NCBI GenBank assembly: GCA_963667785.2
Contig: CAXXMU010000005.1
Location: forward strand, 128,001 to 192,000
DNA length: 64,000 nucleotides
DNA from: Alphaproteobacteria bacterium
GTDB lineage: Bacteria; Pseudomonadota; Alphaproteobacteria; UBA828
Reading direction: 5' to 3'
Below the pieces are notes generated by a model that was not told the DNA's origin, did no database searches, and was given only the letters and a program-made list of their open reading frames with translations. A program made the translations under genes and the position numbers. Numbering within the stretch: the stretch's first letter is position 1; every line of letters begins with the position of its first letter. Below are positions 20,698 to 31,943 of this stretch, in pieces.

Positions 20698-22538
20698 TCC
20701 ACGATGTGGTAGACGGGGGCCTTCTCCATAGCCCATTCCCCGGACTCGCGATCGTAGCGGGAGAGGGTGAAGCAGTGCCATTCGGCGTCGTCCAGCTTCG
20801 GATGATCGCCCCGATAGTAGTATCCGGGCCAGCGCGTCTCCGTCCTGAACATCGTGTGATGGGTCACGGACTCCGAGGCGAGCACCCGGTGGTGAAGCTC
20901 CCACGCCCGCTGAAGCTGGTGCAGGTCTTCGGCCCCCAGATGGTCGAGGTCTTCCCTTAGCATGGCCAGCAACTCCAGCCCGCGCGTGAGCATGGGTTCG
21001 TTCGTCGTGTAGGCGGCGCTGATGCCGCCCACATACTCGTCCATGATCTTCTCGAGGCGCTGGAGGCCGTGAAGCGGCAGCATGTAGCTCGGCGAGACCG
21101 TGCCCGCGACGATCTCGTTGCGGCCCACCCTGTAGGTCTCGAGCGGCTGGAAGACGGTCTTCCTGAGGTCCTCGTACTCCTGCTCGCTGACCTGGGGCTG
21201 CTCGCCCTTGAGGTCGATGACGTAGTTGACCGCCGCCTTGCCGGCGATCCGGCCTTCCGTGAACGAGCCCGACGAGAACTTGTGGGCGGAGCCGCCGATG
21301 GTGTCGCCGGCGCCGAACAGCCCGTCGACGGTCATCATCCGGTTGTAGCCCCACTGGTAGTCCGCCGGCGCGCAGTCCTCCGGGCCGCTCGCCCAGGCGC
21401 CCGAGCAGGTGGCGTGCGAGCCCATGACGTAGGGCTCGGACGTGGTCAGCTCCGGGTTGGTGTGCTTGGGATCGATGTTCTGGGAGGCCCAGACGACCGC
21501 CTGCCCGATGGTCATGCCCAGGAAATTCTCCCAGCCGACCTGCTCCTTGTGCGGGTCGGCGAAGGCCTCGGTCGTCACCATGCGGATGGGCCCCCGGCCG
21601 GCCTTGATCTCCTCCAGCAGCGCGTGGTTGCGCAGGCAGGTCGGCACCGGATGCATGTCGATGTAGTCACCGACCAGCGCCTTGGTATGGTCGTACCACC
21701 TGGACTCGTACTCCTCGCCGTAGGCGTTCTCGGTGTAGGTCTTGAGGTGGAGGAAGTAGGCGCCGACCGGGCCGTAGCCGTCCTTGAAGCGGGTCAGGAC
21801 GATCCGGTTCTCCATCTGGGTCATCTTGGCGCCGACGAGGATCGGCAGCGCGTAGGCCGACGCGCTGCTCCAGGGCGCATACCAGGTGCGCCCCATCCCC
21901 TCGCCCACCGCACGGGGCTTGAAGATGTGCGACGCGCCGCCGGCCGCAACGATGACGGCCCTGGCGCGGAAGACGTGGAAATCCCCGGTGCGGACGTTGA
22001 AGCCGACGGCGCCGGCGACGCGGCCCGGCTTCGTCCGGTCCGTCAGCAGGTGGGTCACCATGATCCGGTTGTAGACTTCGGCCGCGGCCTTGCGGGCGGC
22101 CTCGGCGACGATCGGCTTGTAGCTCTCGCCGTGGATCATGATCTGCCACTTGCCTTCGCGCTGATAGCGCCCGGTCTCCGGGTCCCGCATGATGGGAAGG
22201 CCCCACTCCTCGAACTTGTGCACGGTGGAGTCGACGTGGCGGGCGATGTCGTAGCCCAGATCCTCCCGCACCAGGCCCATGAGGTCGTTCCGGGCATAGC
22301 GGACATGGTCCTCGGGCTGGTTCTCGTCCCACTGCATGCCCATGTAGCAGTTGATCGCGTAGAGGCCCTGGGCTACGGCGCCGCTGCGCTCGATGTTCGC
22401 CTTCTCGACGCAAACCACCTTCAGGTCGCGCCCCCAGTAGCCGGCCTCGTAGGTCGCCCCGCAGCCGGCCATGCCGCCGCCGACCACCAGGATGTCCGCA
22501 TCCACGAAGACCGTCTTCCGACGCGAGAAGAGACCCAC
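20694..22538 (-). CDS. aprA: Adenylylsulfate reductase alpha subunit
   Basis: ILVVGGGMAGCG, ERSGAVAQGL, WQIMIHGESYK, RFKDGYGPVGA, HKFSSGS; GTG start overlaps the aprB stop. Confidence 0.96.
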   Translation of the reverse strand: MGLFSRRKTVFVDADILVVGGGMAGCGATYEAGYWGRDLKVVCVEKANIERSGAVAQGLYAINCYMGMQWDENQPEDHVRYARNDLMGLVREDLGYDIARHVDSTVHKFEEWGLPIMRDPETGRYQREGKWQIMIHGESYKPIVAEAARKAAAEVYNRIMVTHLLTDRTKPGRVAGAVGFNVRTGDFHVFRARAVIVAAGGASHIFKPRAVGEGMGRTWYAPWSSASAYALPILVGAKMTQMENRIVLTRFKDGYGPVGAYFLHLKTYTENAYGEEYESRWYDHTKALVGDYIDMHPVPTCLRNHALLEEIKAGRGPIRMVTTEAFADPHKEQVGWENFLGMTIGQAVVWASQNIDPKHTNPELTTSEPYVMGSHATCSGAWASGPEDCAPADYQWGYNRMMTVDGLFGAGDTIGGSAHKFSSGSFTEGRIAGKAAVNYVIDLKGEQPQVSEQEYEDLRKTVFQPLETYRVGRNEIVAGTVSPSYMLPLHGLQRLEKIMDEYVGGISAAYTTNEPMLTRGLELLAMLREDLDHLGAEDLHQLQRAWELHHRVLASESVTHHTMFRTETRWPGYYYRGDHPKLDDAEWHCFTLSRYDRESGEWAMEKAPVYHIVD

Positions 22539-22999
22539 TAGAGGAGGCCCTCCCTGAAACGATCCGGCGTCAGCGCGGGCAGCGCGTCGACGTGGAGCGC
22601 GTCCGGCTCGTGCGCGAGCTCCTGGGACTTCATCGCCTCCGCGCTTGGGGCCTCGTAGTCGGCAGGCGGCTTGATCGATCCCCAGGGCGTGGTGCGGATC
22701 GGGGAGACAAAGTCCTTCTCCCTGCCGTCCCGGAACTTGATCTTCCAGGAGATGGTGCCCTTCGCCTCCTCTCTCAGCGTCCGGACGCTGTGGCCCAGCG
22801 GAGCGAAGTCGGCGTAGCCGCGGCAGTCGATGGCGTTCTGCGGACACGCCTTCACGCAGGAGTAGCACTCCCAGCACATGTTGGGCTCGATGTTGTAGGC
22901 ACGCCGGTAGGTCTTATCGATGTGCATGATGTCGGAGGGGCAGATATCGACGCAGTAGCCGCAGCCGTCGCAGCGGGTCATGTAGACGAAGGTCGGCAT
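22538..22999 (-). CDS. aprB: Adenylylsulfate reductase beta subunit
   Basis: MPTFVYMTRCDGCG..CVDICP, CWECYSCVKACP. Confidence 0.97.
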   Translation of the reverse strand: MPTFVYMTRCDGCGYCVDICPSDIMHIDKTYRRAYNIEPNMCWECYSCVKACPQNAIDCRGYADFAPLGHSVRTLREEAKGTISWKIKFRDGREKDFVSPIRTTPWGSIKPPADYEAPSAEAMKSQELAHEPDALHVDALPALTPDRFREGLL

Positions 23000-23042
23000 G
23001 GGGGTCGGTTAGCTCCTCTTTCCGAGAGCGATGGTGGGCCGA

Positions 23043-23828
23043 TCAGTAATGACTTGGCCTCTCGCGGGCGCTGCCGAAGGTTTCGGGCTCGTCGGCCGGC
23101 GCCGGCAGGTTGCTCCTGGAGCCGGCCGCTTCGGACACCCGCTTCTCGAAGGCCGCCGCGGGCTTGAAGAACATGTGCGAGAACTTGGACCACGGAACGG
23201 AGCCGAACAGCACCGTCGTGGCGACGAGGTAGAGGCCGAGGAGCACGTTCGTCCCGGCGCTCTCGATCGACTGCAGGCCGGCCCAGATCAGCCCGAGCGT
23301 CGCGCTGGCGAGAAGCGAGAGGATGAACAGGTCCGCGCGCATGATGCGGAACGGCGTGTGGCCCTCCGCCGCGACGTCGACCCGAATGAAGAACCAGAAC
23401 CAGTAGCCGCCGACCATGACCAGCAGGGCGCCTGCGACCCAGAGCTGGGGCAGCACGGCGGGCGTCGGCGTGGCGGCCGTCGGGTAGCAGAACACCATGA
23501 CGACGGTGGTCGCGACGTGGAGCAGGAAACCGTACATCGTCAGCAGGTGGGCGACCCGGCGACGGCCGAGGCCGAATTCGGCCGAGGTCAGGACCTCCAC
23601 CAACGCGGTCCGGACCGCGAGCCCCGCGATCGTCCCGCCGGCGACCCGCCGCGTCCCCCTGGCCTGCGCGTTGCGCCAGCTTGCGAAGAAGTAGGCGGCG
23701 CTCCTCTTGTGCCAGACGTCGAACAGGGTGCCGCCCACGACCAGGGCGATCATGACGATGACGTAGGTCTGTATGGCGGTGGGCGAGATGGAATCCGAAA
23801 GCGCGGCGAAGGGATTACTCGTGAACAC
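23043..23828 (-). CDS. aprM: APS reductase membrane anchor
   Basis: About 5 TM segments; NPFA, RRVAHLLTMYGF, PWSKFSHMFFKP; directly upstream of aprBA. Confidence 0.85.
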   Translation of the reverse strand: MFTSNPFAALSDSISPTAIQTYVIVMIALVVGGTLFDVWHKRSAAYFFASWRNAQARGTRRVAGGTIAGLAVRTALVEVLTSAEFGLGRRRVAHLLTMYGFLLHVATTVVMVFCYPTAATPTPAVLPQLWVAGALLVMVGGYWFWFFIRVDVAAEGHTPFRIMRADLFILSLLASATLGLIWAGLQSIESAGTNVLLGLYLVATTVLFGSVPWSKFSHMFFKPAAAFEKRVSEAAGSRSNLPAPADEPETFGSARERPSHY

Positions 23829-23915
23829 GCAATTCTCTCCGATCTCGGCCCGTTCCGCTCAGCGCCCGGAGCGACAGTATCGATCTGCCGGCGGGAAGGA
23901 TAACATTTTCTGGAT

Positions 23916-23927
23916 GTAACCGGTTAC
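23916..23927. promoter_or_regulatory. Candidate operator upstream of aprM
   Basis: Perfect 12 bp palindrome GTAACCGGTTAC in an AT-richer patch ~90 bp upstream of the aprM start. Confidence 0.45.
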
Positions 23928-23944
23928 TTAAGACCGTACGTCGC

Positions 23945-25381
23945 TCAATTTCCGGCGACGAGCGCGGGCACGGGCAGGCCGCTCGGCACGCTTTCGGGCA
24001 CGATCAAGGGCCGGCGCCCGGCCTGGGCGTCCTCCAGGCTCTCGAGGAAGGCGAGGAGGCTCGCGCGCTCGTCCTCGCTGAGCGCCACGCCGCGCCTGAG
24101 CATGGGCGAAAAGCTCTCGCGGCGCAGCGCCTCGATCGCCGGGTCCGGCGCTTCCTCGCCGGCGGTTTCGACACCGGCCCCGGCGACCGCCGGCGGCGCG
24201 AGGTGGTGGTCGATGGCGTCGGCCAGTCTCGCGACGGCGCCGCTGTGGAAGTAGGGCGCGGTGAGCGTGACGTTGCGGAGCGGCGGCGTGCGGAACTGGT
24301 AGAGGTGCCGGGGGATGCGCGTCGCCTCGAAGCGGCCGCGATCGTCGCCGCTTTCGTCGATGCCGGGGCCGATCTGGGGCGCAGCGAGGGAATGGAACTG
24401 GAAGTCGCTGAAGAGCGGGCCGCTGTGGCAGGCGGCGCAGCGGGCCTTGCCGTAGAAGAGCAGCGCGCCCCGCTTCGCCGCCTCGCCGATCGCGCCCGCA
24501 TCGCCCGCGAGGTAGCGGTCCCACGGCGTGTCGCGCGTGACGAAGGCGAGCGCCTGGAAGTGGCCGATGGCGTTGGCGAGGTCGCCCATGGCGATGTCGC
24601 CGAGCATCCGCTCGGGGTAGGCCCGGCCGACGAGCCGGCGGTAGGCGATCTGCCAGTCGGCGAGCGGCGTGCCGGCCCGGCCGAGAAGCCGGCGCATGAG
24701 CGCGTCGTGGACCGCGACGAAGAGCTGCGGCTCGTCCTCGTCCAGGCCGAGCGCCGCGAGCGCGATCTCGTTCGGCCTGTCGCCGTGGCCGCCGGGGAGA
24801 TCCGGCGCCGAGCGGTCGTGCGCGAGCCCCAGCATCTCCTCCTCGCCGGCGAGGGGGAAGAGCGCCTGCGCGGCGAGCACGCTCTCGAGCCCGTCGGGCA
24901 GATAGTCCCCCATCGGGGTGCGGAAGCGGCTGACCGGCGCCTCGATCTCGCTCACCCGTCCGTCCCAGAACATGTTGCGCACGCTCTCGTGGCCGCGGTT
25001 CCAGATGTCCATCGAATTGCGCGGGTGCACCCGCGGCGCACCCAGCGGCTGGCGCTCCTCCGCGAGCCCGGCTGCGTCCACGCCCACCGAGAGCGCGACC
25101 GCATCGGAGGTGCCGCGGCCCAGCAGGTGGCAGGTGGCGCAGGCCACGTCGCGGGTGCCGCTGAGGATGGGGTCGAAGAACAGCATCTGGCCCAGCCGGA
25201 ACTTGGGCGAGGGCACCAGCGGCGGCAGCTCCAGGGGCTCGAGCCCGCGCGAGGCGATGACGCGGGCGAGCGCGCGGTCGAGGTCCTCGTCGGCCGCCTG
25301 TGCCGGCACCGCAGCCGCGCCCGTGACGCAGAGCCAGAGCCAGAGGCACAGCAGCGCTGTGACAGGCCGACGCGGCCGCAT
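23945..25381 (-). CDS. Di-heme cytochrome c peroxidase / MauG family protein
   Basis: Signal peptide; LFFDPILSG..VACATCH, FWDGR, CAACHSG, FRTPPLRNV..TAPYFH. Confidence 0.9.
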   Translation of the reverse strand: MRPRRPVTALLCLWLWLCVTGAAAVPAQAADEDLDRALARVIASRGLEPLELPPLVPSPKFRLGQMLFFDPILSGTRDVACATCHLLGRGTSDAVALSVGVDAAGLAEERQPLGAPRVHPRNSMDIWNRGHESVRNMFWDGRVSEIEAPVSRFRTPMGDYLPDGLESVLAAQALFPLAGEEEMLGLAHDRSAPDLPGGHGDRPNEIALAALGLDEDEPQLFVAVHDALMRRLLGRAGTPLADWQIAYRRLVGRAYPERMLGDIAMGDLANAIGHFQALAFVTRDTPWDRYLAGDAGAIGEAAKRGALLFYGKARCAACHSGPLFSDFQFHSLAAPQIGPGIDESGDDRGRFEATRIPRHLYQFRTPPLRNVTLTAPYFHSGAVARLADAIDHHLAPPAVAGAGVETAGEEAPDPAIEALRRESFSPMLRRGVALSEDERASLLAFLESLEDAQAGRRPLIVPESVPSGLPVPALVAGN

Positions 25382-25465
25382 GACGGCAGTCCCTCAACCC
25401 CGTGGTTCGGTCTCGCCGGGGAGCTTAGCCCGGAACTCCGGGCACGGTCATGGTCCGCAGCCGGC

Positions 25466-26860
25466 TCACCCGGCCGGGGGCGCGCTCCCCATGGCGAGCG
25501 AGCTGGAGGCGCGGAAATCCACGTCCCTCGGGTGGCCGTCGAGAGCCAGCCGGACGGCGCGGTCGAGCCTCTCCGTGAAGGCCGCGATCTCGTCTTCGGT
25601 CACGGTGAGCGGCGGGCAGATGCGCAGGAAGTTCTTCACGCAGATGACGATCACGCCCGAGAGCGCGGCGTTGAGGCGGATGCGCTCGGCCATGGCGGGG
25701 TCCGGCTCCCTGCCCTCGCGCTCGCTCACGATGTCGAGCATCTGGTAGAGGCCACGGCCACGGACGTCGCCGATCACGGCGTGGCTCTCGCGCAGGCGCT
25801 CCAGCGCGGCCCTCAGCACGTCGCCCATGGCGGCCGCGCGGTCCTCCAGCCCGTCGCGCAGCACGATCTCGAGCTGCTTGTCGGCGACCGCCGCCGGCAG
25901 CGGGTCGCCGGAATAGGTGCCGGCCCAGGGGAGCCCGGCCTTGCCGCGCGCCTCCTCGGCGATCTCGCGCGTGGTCACCGCGCCGCAGATCGCGAGCCCC
26001 GCGCTCATGCCCTTGGCGAAGGTGACGATGTCGGGCGTCACGTCGTAGTGCTGGAAGCCCCACATCCTGCCCGTGCGCGCCGGCGCGAGCTGCGCCTCGT
26101 CCAGCACCAGCAGCGCGCCTTCGGCTTGCGCGAGCTTCTGGAGCCGGGGTAGCCATTCCGGCGGCGGCACCACCATGCCGCCCGCGACCAGCATGGTCTC
26201 CGCCAGCACCGCGGCGATGTCGCCGCTGGTGACGTGGTCGATCAGCTCGCGCGAGCTGGTGAGGCAGGCCACGTCGCAGGCCGGGTATTCCAGATTGATC
26301 GGGCAGCGGTAGCAGAAGGGCGCGTAGATCGCGGGCGCGTTGGCCGGCGCCAGCAGCGGCCCGAGATGGCGCCGCCTGGCGCCGCCGATCGTGGTCACGG
26401 ATTCGACCGCGAGGCTGCCGCCGTGGAGGCCGCGGATCACCGAGAGAATGTCGTGCTTGCCGCTCACCGCGAGCGCCATGCGCATGGCGACCTCGTTGGC
26501 CTCCGAGCCGGTGACGGCGAAGTTCACCACCTCGAGCCCGTCGGGCAGGGTGCCGGCGATGCGCTCGGCGAAGCGCACGAGGTGGGGGTTCGAGTACCAG
26601 GAGTTCTCGTGCCAGAGCCGGCCGGCCTCGGCGCGCATGACCTCCACCAGCTCGGGGTGGCAGTGGCCGAGCACGTTGCACATCATGCCGGCGGTGAGGT
26701 CGTAGTAGCGCTTGCCGTCAACGTCGAAGAGCCAGATCCCCTCGCCGCGCTCGAACTGGATCGCCGGCTGGTAGCGCCAGCCGTAGACGCGGGCCGCGTC
26801 CCGCGCCATCAGGTCGGCGTGGGCGTTCGACGGCGCGTGGGAGGGGGCGGAATCAGCCAT
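25466..26860 (-). CDS. Class III PLP-dependent aminotransferase
   Basis: FERGEG, LGHCHP, TGSEANE, VLDEAQ, FAKGMSAG, IGDVRGRG. Confidence 0.9.
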   Translation of the reverse strand: MADSAPSHAPSNAHADLMARDAARVYGWRYQPAIQFERGEGIWLFDVDGKRYYDLTAGMMCNVLGHCHPELVEVMRAEAGRLWHENSWYSNPHLVRFAERIAGTLPDGLEVVNFAVTGSEANEVAMRMALAVSGKHDILSVIRGLHGGSLAVESVTTIGGARRRHLGPLLAPANAPAIYAPFCYRCPINLEYPACDVACLTSSRELIDHVTSGDIAAVLAETMLVAGGMVVPPPEWLPRLQKLAQAEGALLVLDEAQLAPARTGRMWGFQHYDVTPDIVTFAKGMSAGLAICGAVTTREIAEEARGKAGLPWAGTYSGDPLPAAVADKQLEIVLRDGLEDRAAAMGDVLRAALERLRESHAVIGDVRGRGLYQMLDIVSEREGREPDPAMAERIRLNAALSGVIVICVKNFLRICPPLTVTEDEIAAFTERLDRAVRLALDGHPRDVDFRASSSLAMGSAPPAG

Positions 26861-29192
26861 CGGACGCGACCGGAAGCGCAACGGAGATATCGCGCAGGAT
26901 CGGGTCGGTGGCGACGGCGATCTCGTTCTCGATCTGGGCGCCGCAGCCGGGGCAGCAGAAGAGCCGGAATTCCACCGGATCGTCCACGAAGAGGGCGGGG
27001 TCGCCGATCAGCGGATTGGACTCCGAGACCGGCCGCACGTCCTGCAGGCAGGCGTCCTTGTAGTTGGCATCGAGCGGGCCGAGGGACGCCCCGCACGCGC
27101 CGCAGGCCCAGTAGGCGCCGGCCGCATCCTCGCGCACGTCGAGCGCATCGGTCGCGTGGAGGCGGAGGCTGCCCTCGCGCCCGGGCGGCGGCGATGCGCC
27201 GTTGCCGAGCCGGGCGAGGCGGTCGGCGTGAACGGCGGCGCGGTTGCGCGCGGTCGCGTCCGCGTCCACCGTCACCTCGTCCTCGCCCAGTACGGCCCCA
27301 AAAATCGTCCGCGCGGCGTCCGGCGTGACGTTGCGGTGCAGGAGGTCGTGCTGGATCTTGGCAGGATCGCGCCGCAGGGGATCGCCGAAGCCGCCGCCGC
27401 CGGACCAGCGCACCGCGTAGACGTCCGCCGGGTGCTGGTCGAAGTTCTCCTGCCTGAGCTCCAGATGCTCGGGCCGGCCGGTGACTTCCGAATGGTCCTC
27501 CACCATGCGGCTCGAGGCCATGCGCTCCAGGATGTCGCTCTCGCGGATGAACTGGTAGGCGTTGGTGGTGGACGGGAAGCCACCCATCATGCCGGTCGAC
27601 GTCGGCGTGGCATTGCCCGACGACAGCGTGTCCTGGGTGATGCGGTCGGTGTTGTGGGGGATGAAGCAGGTCTCGGCCGAGAGCCCGCCGCGATACCTGC
27701 CGGCACCGCCGGAATCCGGCAGCTCCTTGCGGTAGAGCACGAGCAGCGGGAAGTTCTGCTCGTTGTGCTCCACGTTGGGGAGCTGGCAGATCGGCGTGCG
27801 CGCCTGGCCGCCGGTGTTGATGCCGTCGGCATGCGCAAAGGCGCCGATGGAGCCACCGATGGGGTCGATCAGAAGGTAGCCGTAGCGCTCGCCCCACTGG
27901 TCGATGCCGCGGAAGAGGGTGGCCGGCCACTGGCTGGTGCCGCCGATGCCCATGATGTCGCCGCGCAGGGTCTCGTCCGAGTAGAGCATCTTGGAGATCG
28001 CGTTGTAGGCGGGGTAGAGCGATATCTCCATCGACTGGGTGGGCGCGGTCGAGACGCTGGCCGGGAAGTCGGCGCAGTTGAGCGTGCCGGCGGTGGGGTC
28101 GAAGTCGATGTGGCGCAGCGCGCCGCCCACCGCGAAAAACTGGTCCCACGCCAGCAGCTCGTTGATCGCCACCATGACCGAGCCGCGCCAGCCGGAATAG
28201 GTGGCGTTCATGGCGCCGTCCTGGGGCGCGGTGCCGTCATTGTCGAAGATCAGCCGGTTGCCCTTCTTGGTGACGGTGATCTGGACCCGGTGGGTGCGCC
28301 GGTCTCCCGGCCGGCAGGCCTCGACATAGGTGCGGTCGCTCCAGGCGCCGTCAGGCAGGCGCTCGAGCTTGGCGAGGAAGGCGGTCTCCGCATTGTCGAT
28401 GATGCGCTTCATCACGCCCTTGACCGTGCGCGGCCCGTAGCGGCGGACGAGCTGCAGCAGGCGCTCGCGCGCGCTCATGTTGCCGGCGAGCTGGGCGCGG
28501 AAATCGAGCGCCACCATTTCCGGCTTGCGCGACGAGCGCAGGTAGAGCTCCTCGATGTCTCGGCGGACCACGTCATTCTCGACGATCTTCACCGGCGGAA
28601 TCAGAATCCCCTCGTCGAAGGCGCTCTCGGCGGCGGGGCAGAAGCTGCCGGGCGTGATGCCGCCGATGTCGTACTGGTGCAGGCAGTTGGTGATCCAGCA
28701 GAAGAGCTCACCCTCCCAGAACACCGGGCAGATCACCATCACGTCCATCTGGTGCGCAGCACCCACCCAGGGGTCGTTGGCGAGGAACATGTCGCCCTCG
28801 CGGATGCCGGGATTGTCGCTGCGGTTCTCCAGGATCCACTTCACCTGCGTGTCGGTGACGCCCGACATGTACTGCATGTAGGGGCCGAAATAGACGAACT
28901 CGGCGTCCTCGGTGAGGATCGAGGGATTGAGGTCCAGCGCGTAGATGGCGACCGGCGAGCCGGAGATGCGCTGGATGGTGGCGCCGTGCTCCTCGTTGAT
29001 GTTCCAGAGGTTGTGGCGGATCACCTCGTAGGTGACCGGGTCGATATCGGTCTCCCAGTCACGATGGAGGGTGAGGGACTCCGAGATGGAGAGCTCGCGC
29101 GGCGGCACGTAGGGATGGGTCACGCCATCGAAACGGGTCTCGGTCATCTCGCTGATGCGCCGCATCGTCGCAACCTGTGGTCCGGTGTTCAT
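26853..29192 (-). CDS. Hydantoinase B/oxoprolinase fused to an acetone-carboxylase gamma-like Cys domain
   Basis: DPVTYEVI, GDMFLANDPW..AAH..D, DSGGAGRYRGG, GGGGFGDPL; C-terminal CGACG ... CCPGCG. Confidence 0.85.
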   Translation of the reverse strand: MNTGPQVATMRRISEMTETRFDGVTHPYVPPRELSISESLTLHRDWETDIDPVTYEVIRHNLWNINEEHGATIQRISGSPVAIYALDLNPSILTEDAEFVYFGPYMQYMSGVTDTQVKWILENRSDNPGIREGDMFLANDPWVGAAHQMDVMVICPVFWEGELFCWITNCLHQYDIGGITPGSFCPAAESAFDEGILIPPVKIVENDVVRRDIEELYLRSSRKPEMVALDFRAQLAGNMSARERLLQLVRRYGPRTVKGVMKRIIDNAETAFLAKLERLPDGAWSDRTYVEACRPGDRRTHRVQITVTKKGNRLIFDNDGTAPQDGAMNATYSGWRGSVMVAINELLAWDQFFAVGGALRHIDFDPTAGTLNCADFPASVSTAPTQSMEISLYPAYNAISKMLYSDETLRGDIMGIGGTSQWPATLFRGIDQWGERYGYLLIDPIGGSIGAFAHADGINTGGQARTPICQLPNVEHNEQNFPLLVLYRKELPDSGGAGRYRGGLSAETCFIPHNTDRITQDTLSSGNATPTSTGMMGGFPSTTNAYQFIRESDILERMASSRMVEDHSEVTGRPEHLELRQENFDQHPADVYAVRWSGGGGFGDPLRRDPAKIQHDLLHRNVTPDAARTIFGAVLGEDEVTVDADATARNRAAVHADRLARLGNGASPPPGREGSLRLHATDALDVREDAAGAYWACGACGASLGPLDANYKDACLQDVRPVSESNPLIGDPALFVDDPVEFRLFCCPGCGAQIENEIAVATDPILRDISVALPVASDG

Positions 29193-29226
29193 GGTTGCGC
29201 CTCTCCTGTTGCCGCTTCGCCCCAGC

Positions 29227-30630
29227 CTAGACGTGGATCGCGCGGCCCGCCACCGCCAGCGCCGCCTCCTTGACCGCCTCGTTGAGCGAGGGATGGGCGT
29301 GGCAGGTGCGCGCGATGTCCTCGGCCGAGCCGCCGAACTCCATCACGGCCACGGCCTCGGCGATCAGCGTGCCGGCATCGTGGCCGATGATGTGGACGCC
29401 GAGCACGCGGTCGGTCTCGGCATCCGCCAGCACCTTGACGAAGCCGTCGGTCGCCGACATCGCACGTGCGCGCCCGTTGGCGGCGAAGGGGAAGCGGCCG
29501 ACCGTGTAGTCGATGTCCGCCTCCTCGAGCGCCTCCTCGGTCCGGCCCACGGATGCGACCTCGGGCGCGGTGTAGACGACGCCGGGGATGAGGGCGCGGT
29601 TCACGTGCGCAGCGCCGCCCGCGATGATCTCGGCGACCGCGATCCCCTCCTCCTCCGCCTTGTGGGCGAGCATCGGGCCCGCGATCACGTCGCCGATGGC
29701 ATAGACCCCCGGCAGGCTGGTCTCGAAGCGCTCGTCGACCTCGATGCGGCCCTGGCCGTCCGCCGCGATGCCGACGCCGTCCAGCCCGAGTCCTTCCGTA
29801 TTGGGCCGACGGCCGACCGCCACCAGCACCACGTCCGTGTCGAGCGTCGTGCTCTCGCCGCCGCCCACCGGCTCCATGGTGAGCCGCACGCCCTCGTTGG
29901 TGCGCTCGGCGGCCGTCACCCTGGTGCCGAGCTTGAAGGCGATCTTCTGGCGCCTGAGCAGCCGGTGCATCTGGGTCGCGACCTCCGCGTCCATGCCCGG
30001 CAGCACGCGGTCGAGGAATTCGATCACCGTGACCTTGGCGCCGAGCCGGCTCCACACCGAGCCCATCTCGAGGCCGATGTAGCCGGCGCCGATCACCGCC
30101 ATGCGCTCGGGCACCCGGGGCAGCGCGAGCGCGCCGGTCGACGTGACGATGCGCTCCTCGTCCACACCGACGCCGGCAAGCGGAGCCGAGACGCTGCCGG
30201 TGGCGATCACGATGGCCGCGGCGGTGACGGTGCGGGGCTCAGGCCCTTCGATCGCGACCGCGCCGGGGCCGGTGAGCCGGGCGTGGCCCTCGATGTGGGT
30301 CACGTCGTTCTTCTTCAGCAGCCCGGCGATACCCTTGGTGAGATCGCCGACCACCTTGTCCTTGTGCGCCATCATCGCGTCGAGATCGAGCTCGACGCCG
30401 GAGACCTTGACGCCGTGGCGGGAGAGCTTCGCCCTGGCGTGGGCGTATTCCTCCGAGGTGTGCAGCAGCGCCTTGGACGGGATGCAGCCCACATTGAGGC
30501 AGGTGCCGCCGAGGGTGGGCATCCGCTCGACACACGCCGTGCGCAGGCCGAGCTGGGCCGCGCGGATGGCGGCGACGTAGCCGCCGGGCCCGGCGCCTAC
30601 GACGAGGACGTCGAAATCATGCTCGCTCAT
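29227..30630 (-). CDS. lpdA: Dihydrolipoamide dehydrogenase
   Basis: GAGPGG, GGTCLNVGCIPSK, GAGYIGLE, HAHPSLNE. Confidence 0.97.
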   Translation of the reverse strand: MSEHDFDVLVVGAGPGGYVAAIRAAQLGLRTACVERMPTLGGTCLNVGCIPSKALLHTSEEYAHARAKLSRHGVKVSGVELDLDAMMAHKDKVVGDLTKGIAGLLKKNDVTHIEGHARLTGPGAVAIEGPEPRTVTAAAIVIATGSVSAPLAGVGVDEERIVTSTGALALPRVPERMAVIGAGYIGLEMGSVWSRLGAKVTVIEFLDRVLPGMDAEVATQMHRLLRRQKIAFKLGTRVTAAERTNEGVRLTMEPVGGGESTTLDTDVVLVAVGRRPNTEGLGLDGVGIAADGQGRIEVDERFETSLPGVYAIGDVIAGPMLAHKAEEEGIAVAEIIAGGAAHVNRALIPGVVYTAPEVASVGRTEEALEEADIDYTVGRFPFAANGRARAMSATDGFVKVLADAETDRVLGVHIIGHDAGTLIAEAVAVMEFGGSAEDIARTCHAHPSLNEAVKEAALAVAGRAIHV

Positions 30631-30656
30631 GGCGGCTCCCGCCGGCCGTGCCGGCG

Positions 30657-31939
<1,283 letters not shown>

Positions 31940-31943
<4 letters not shown>

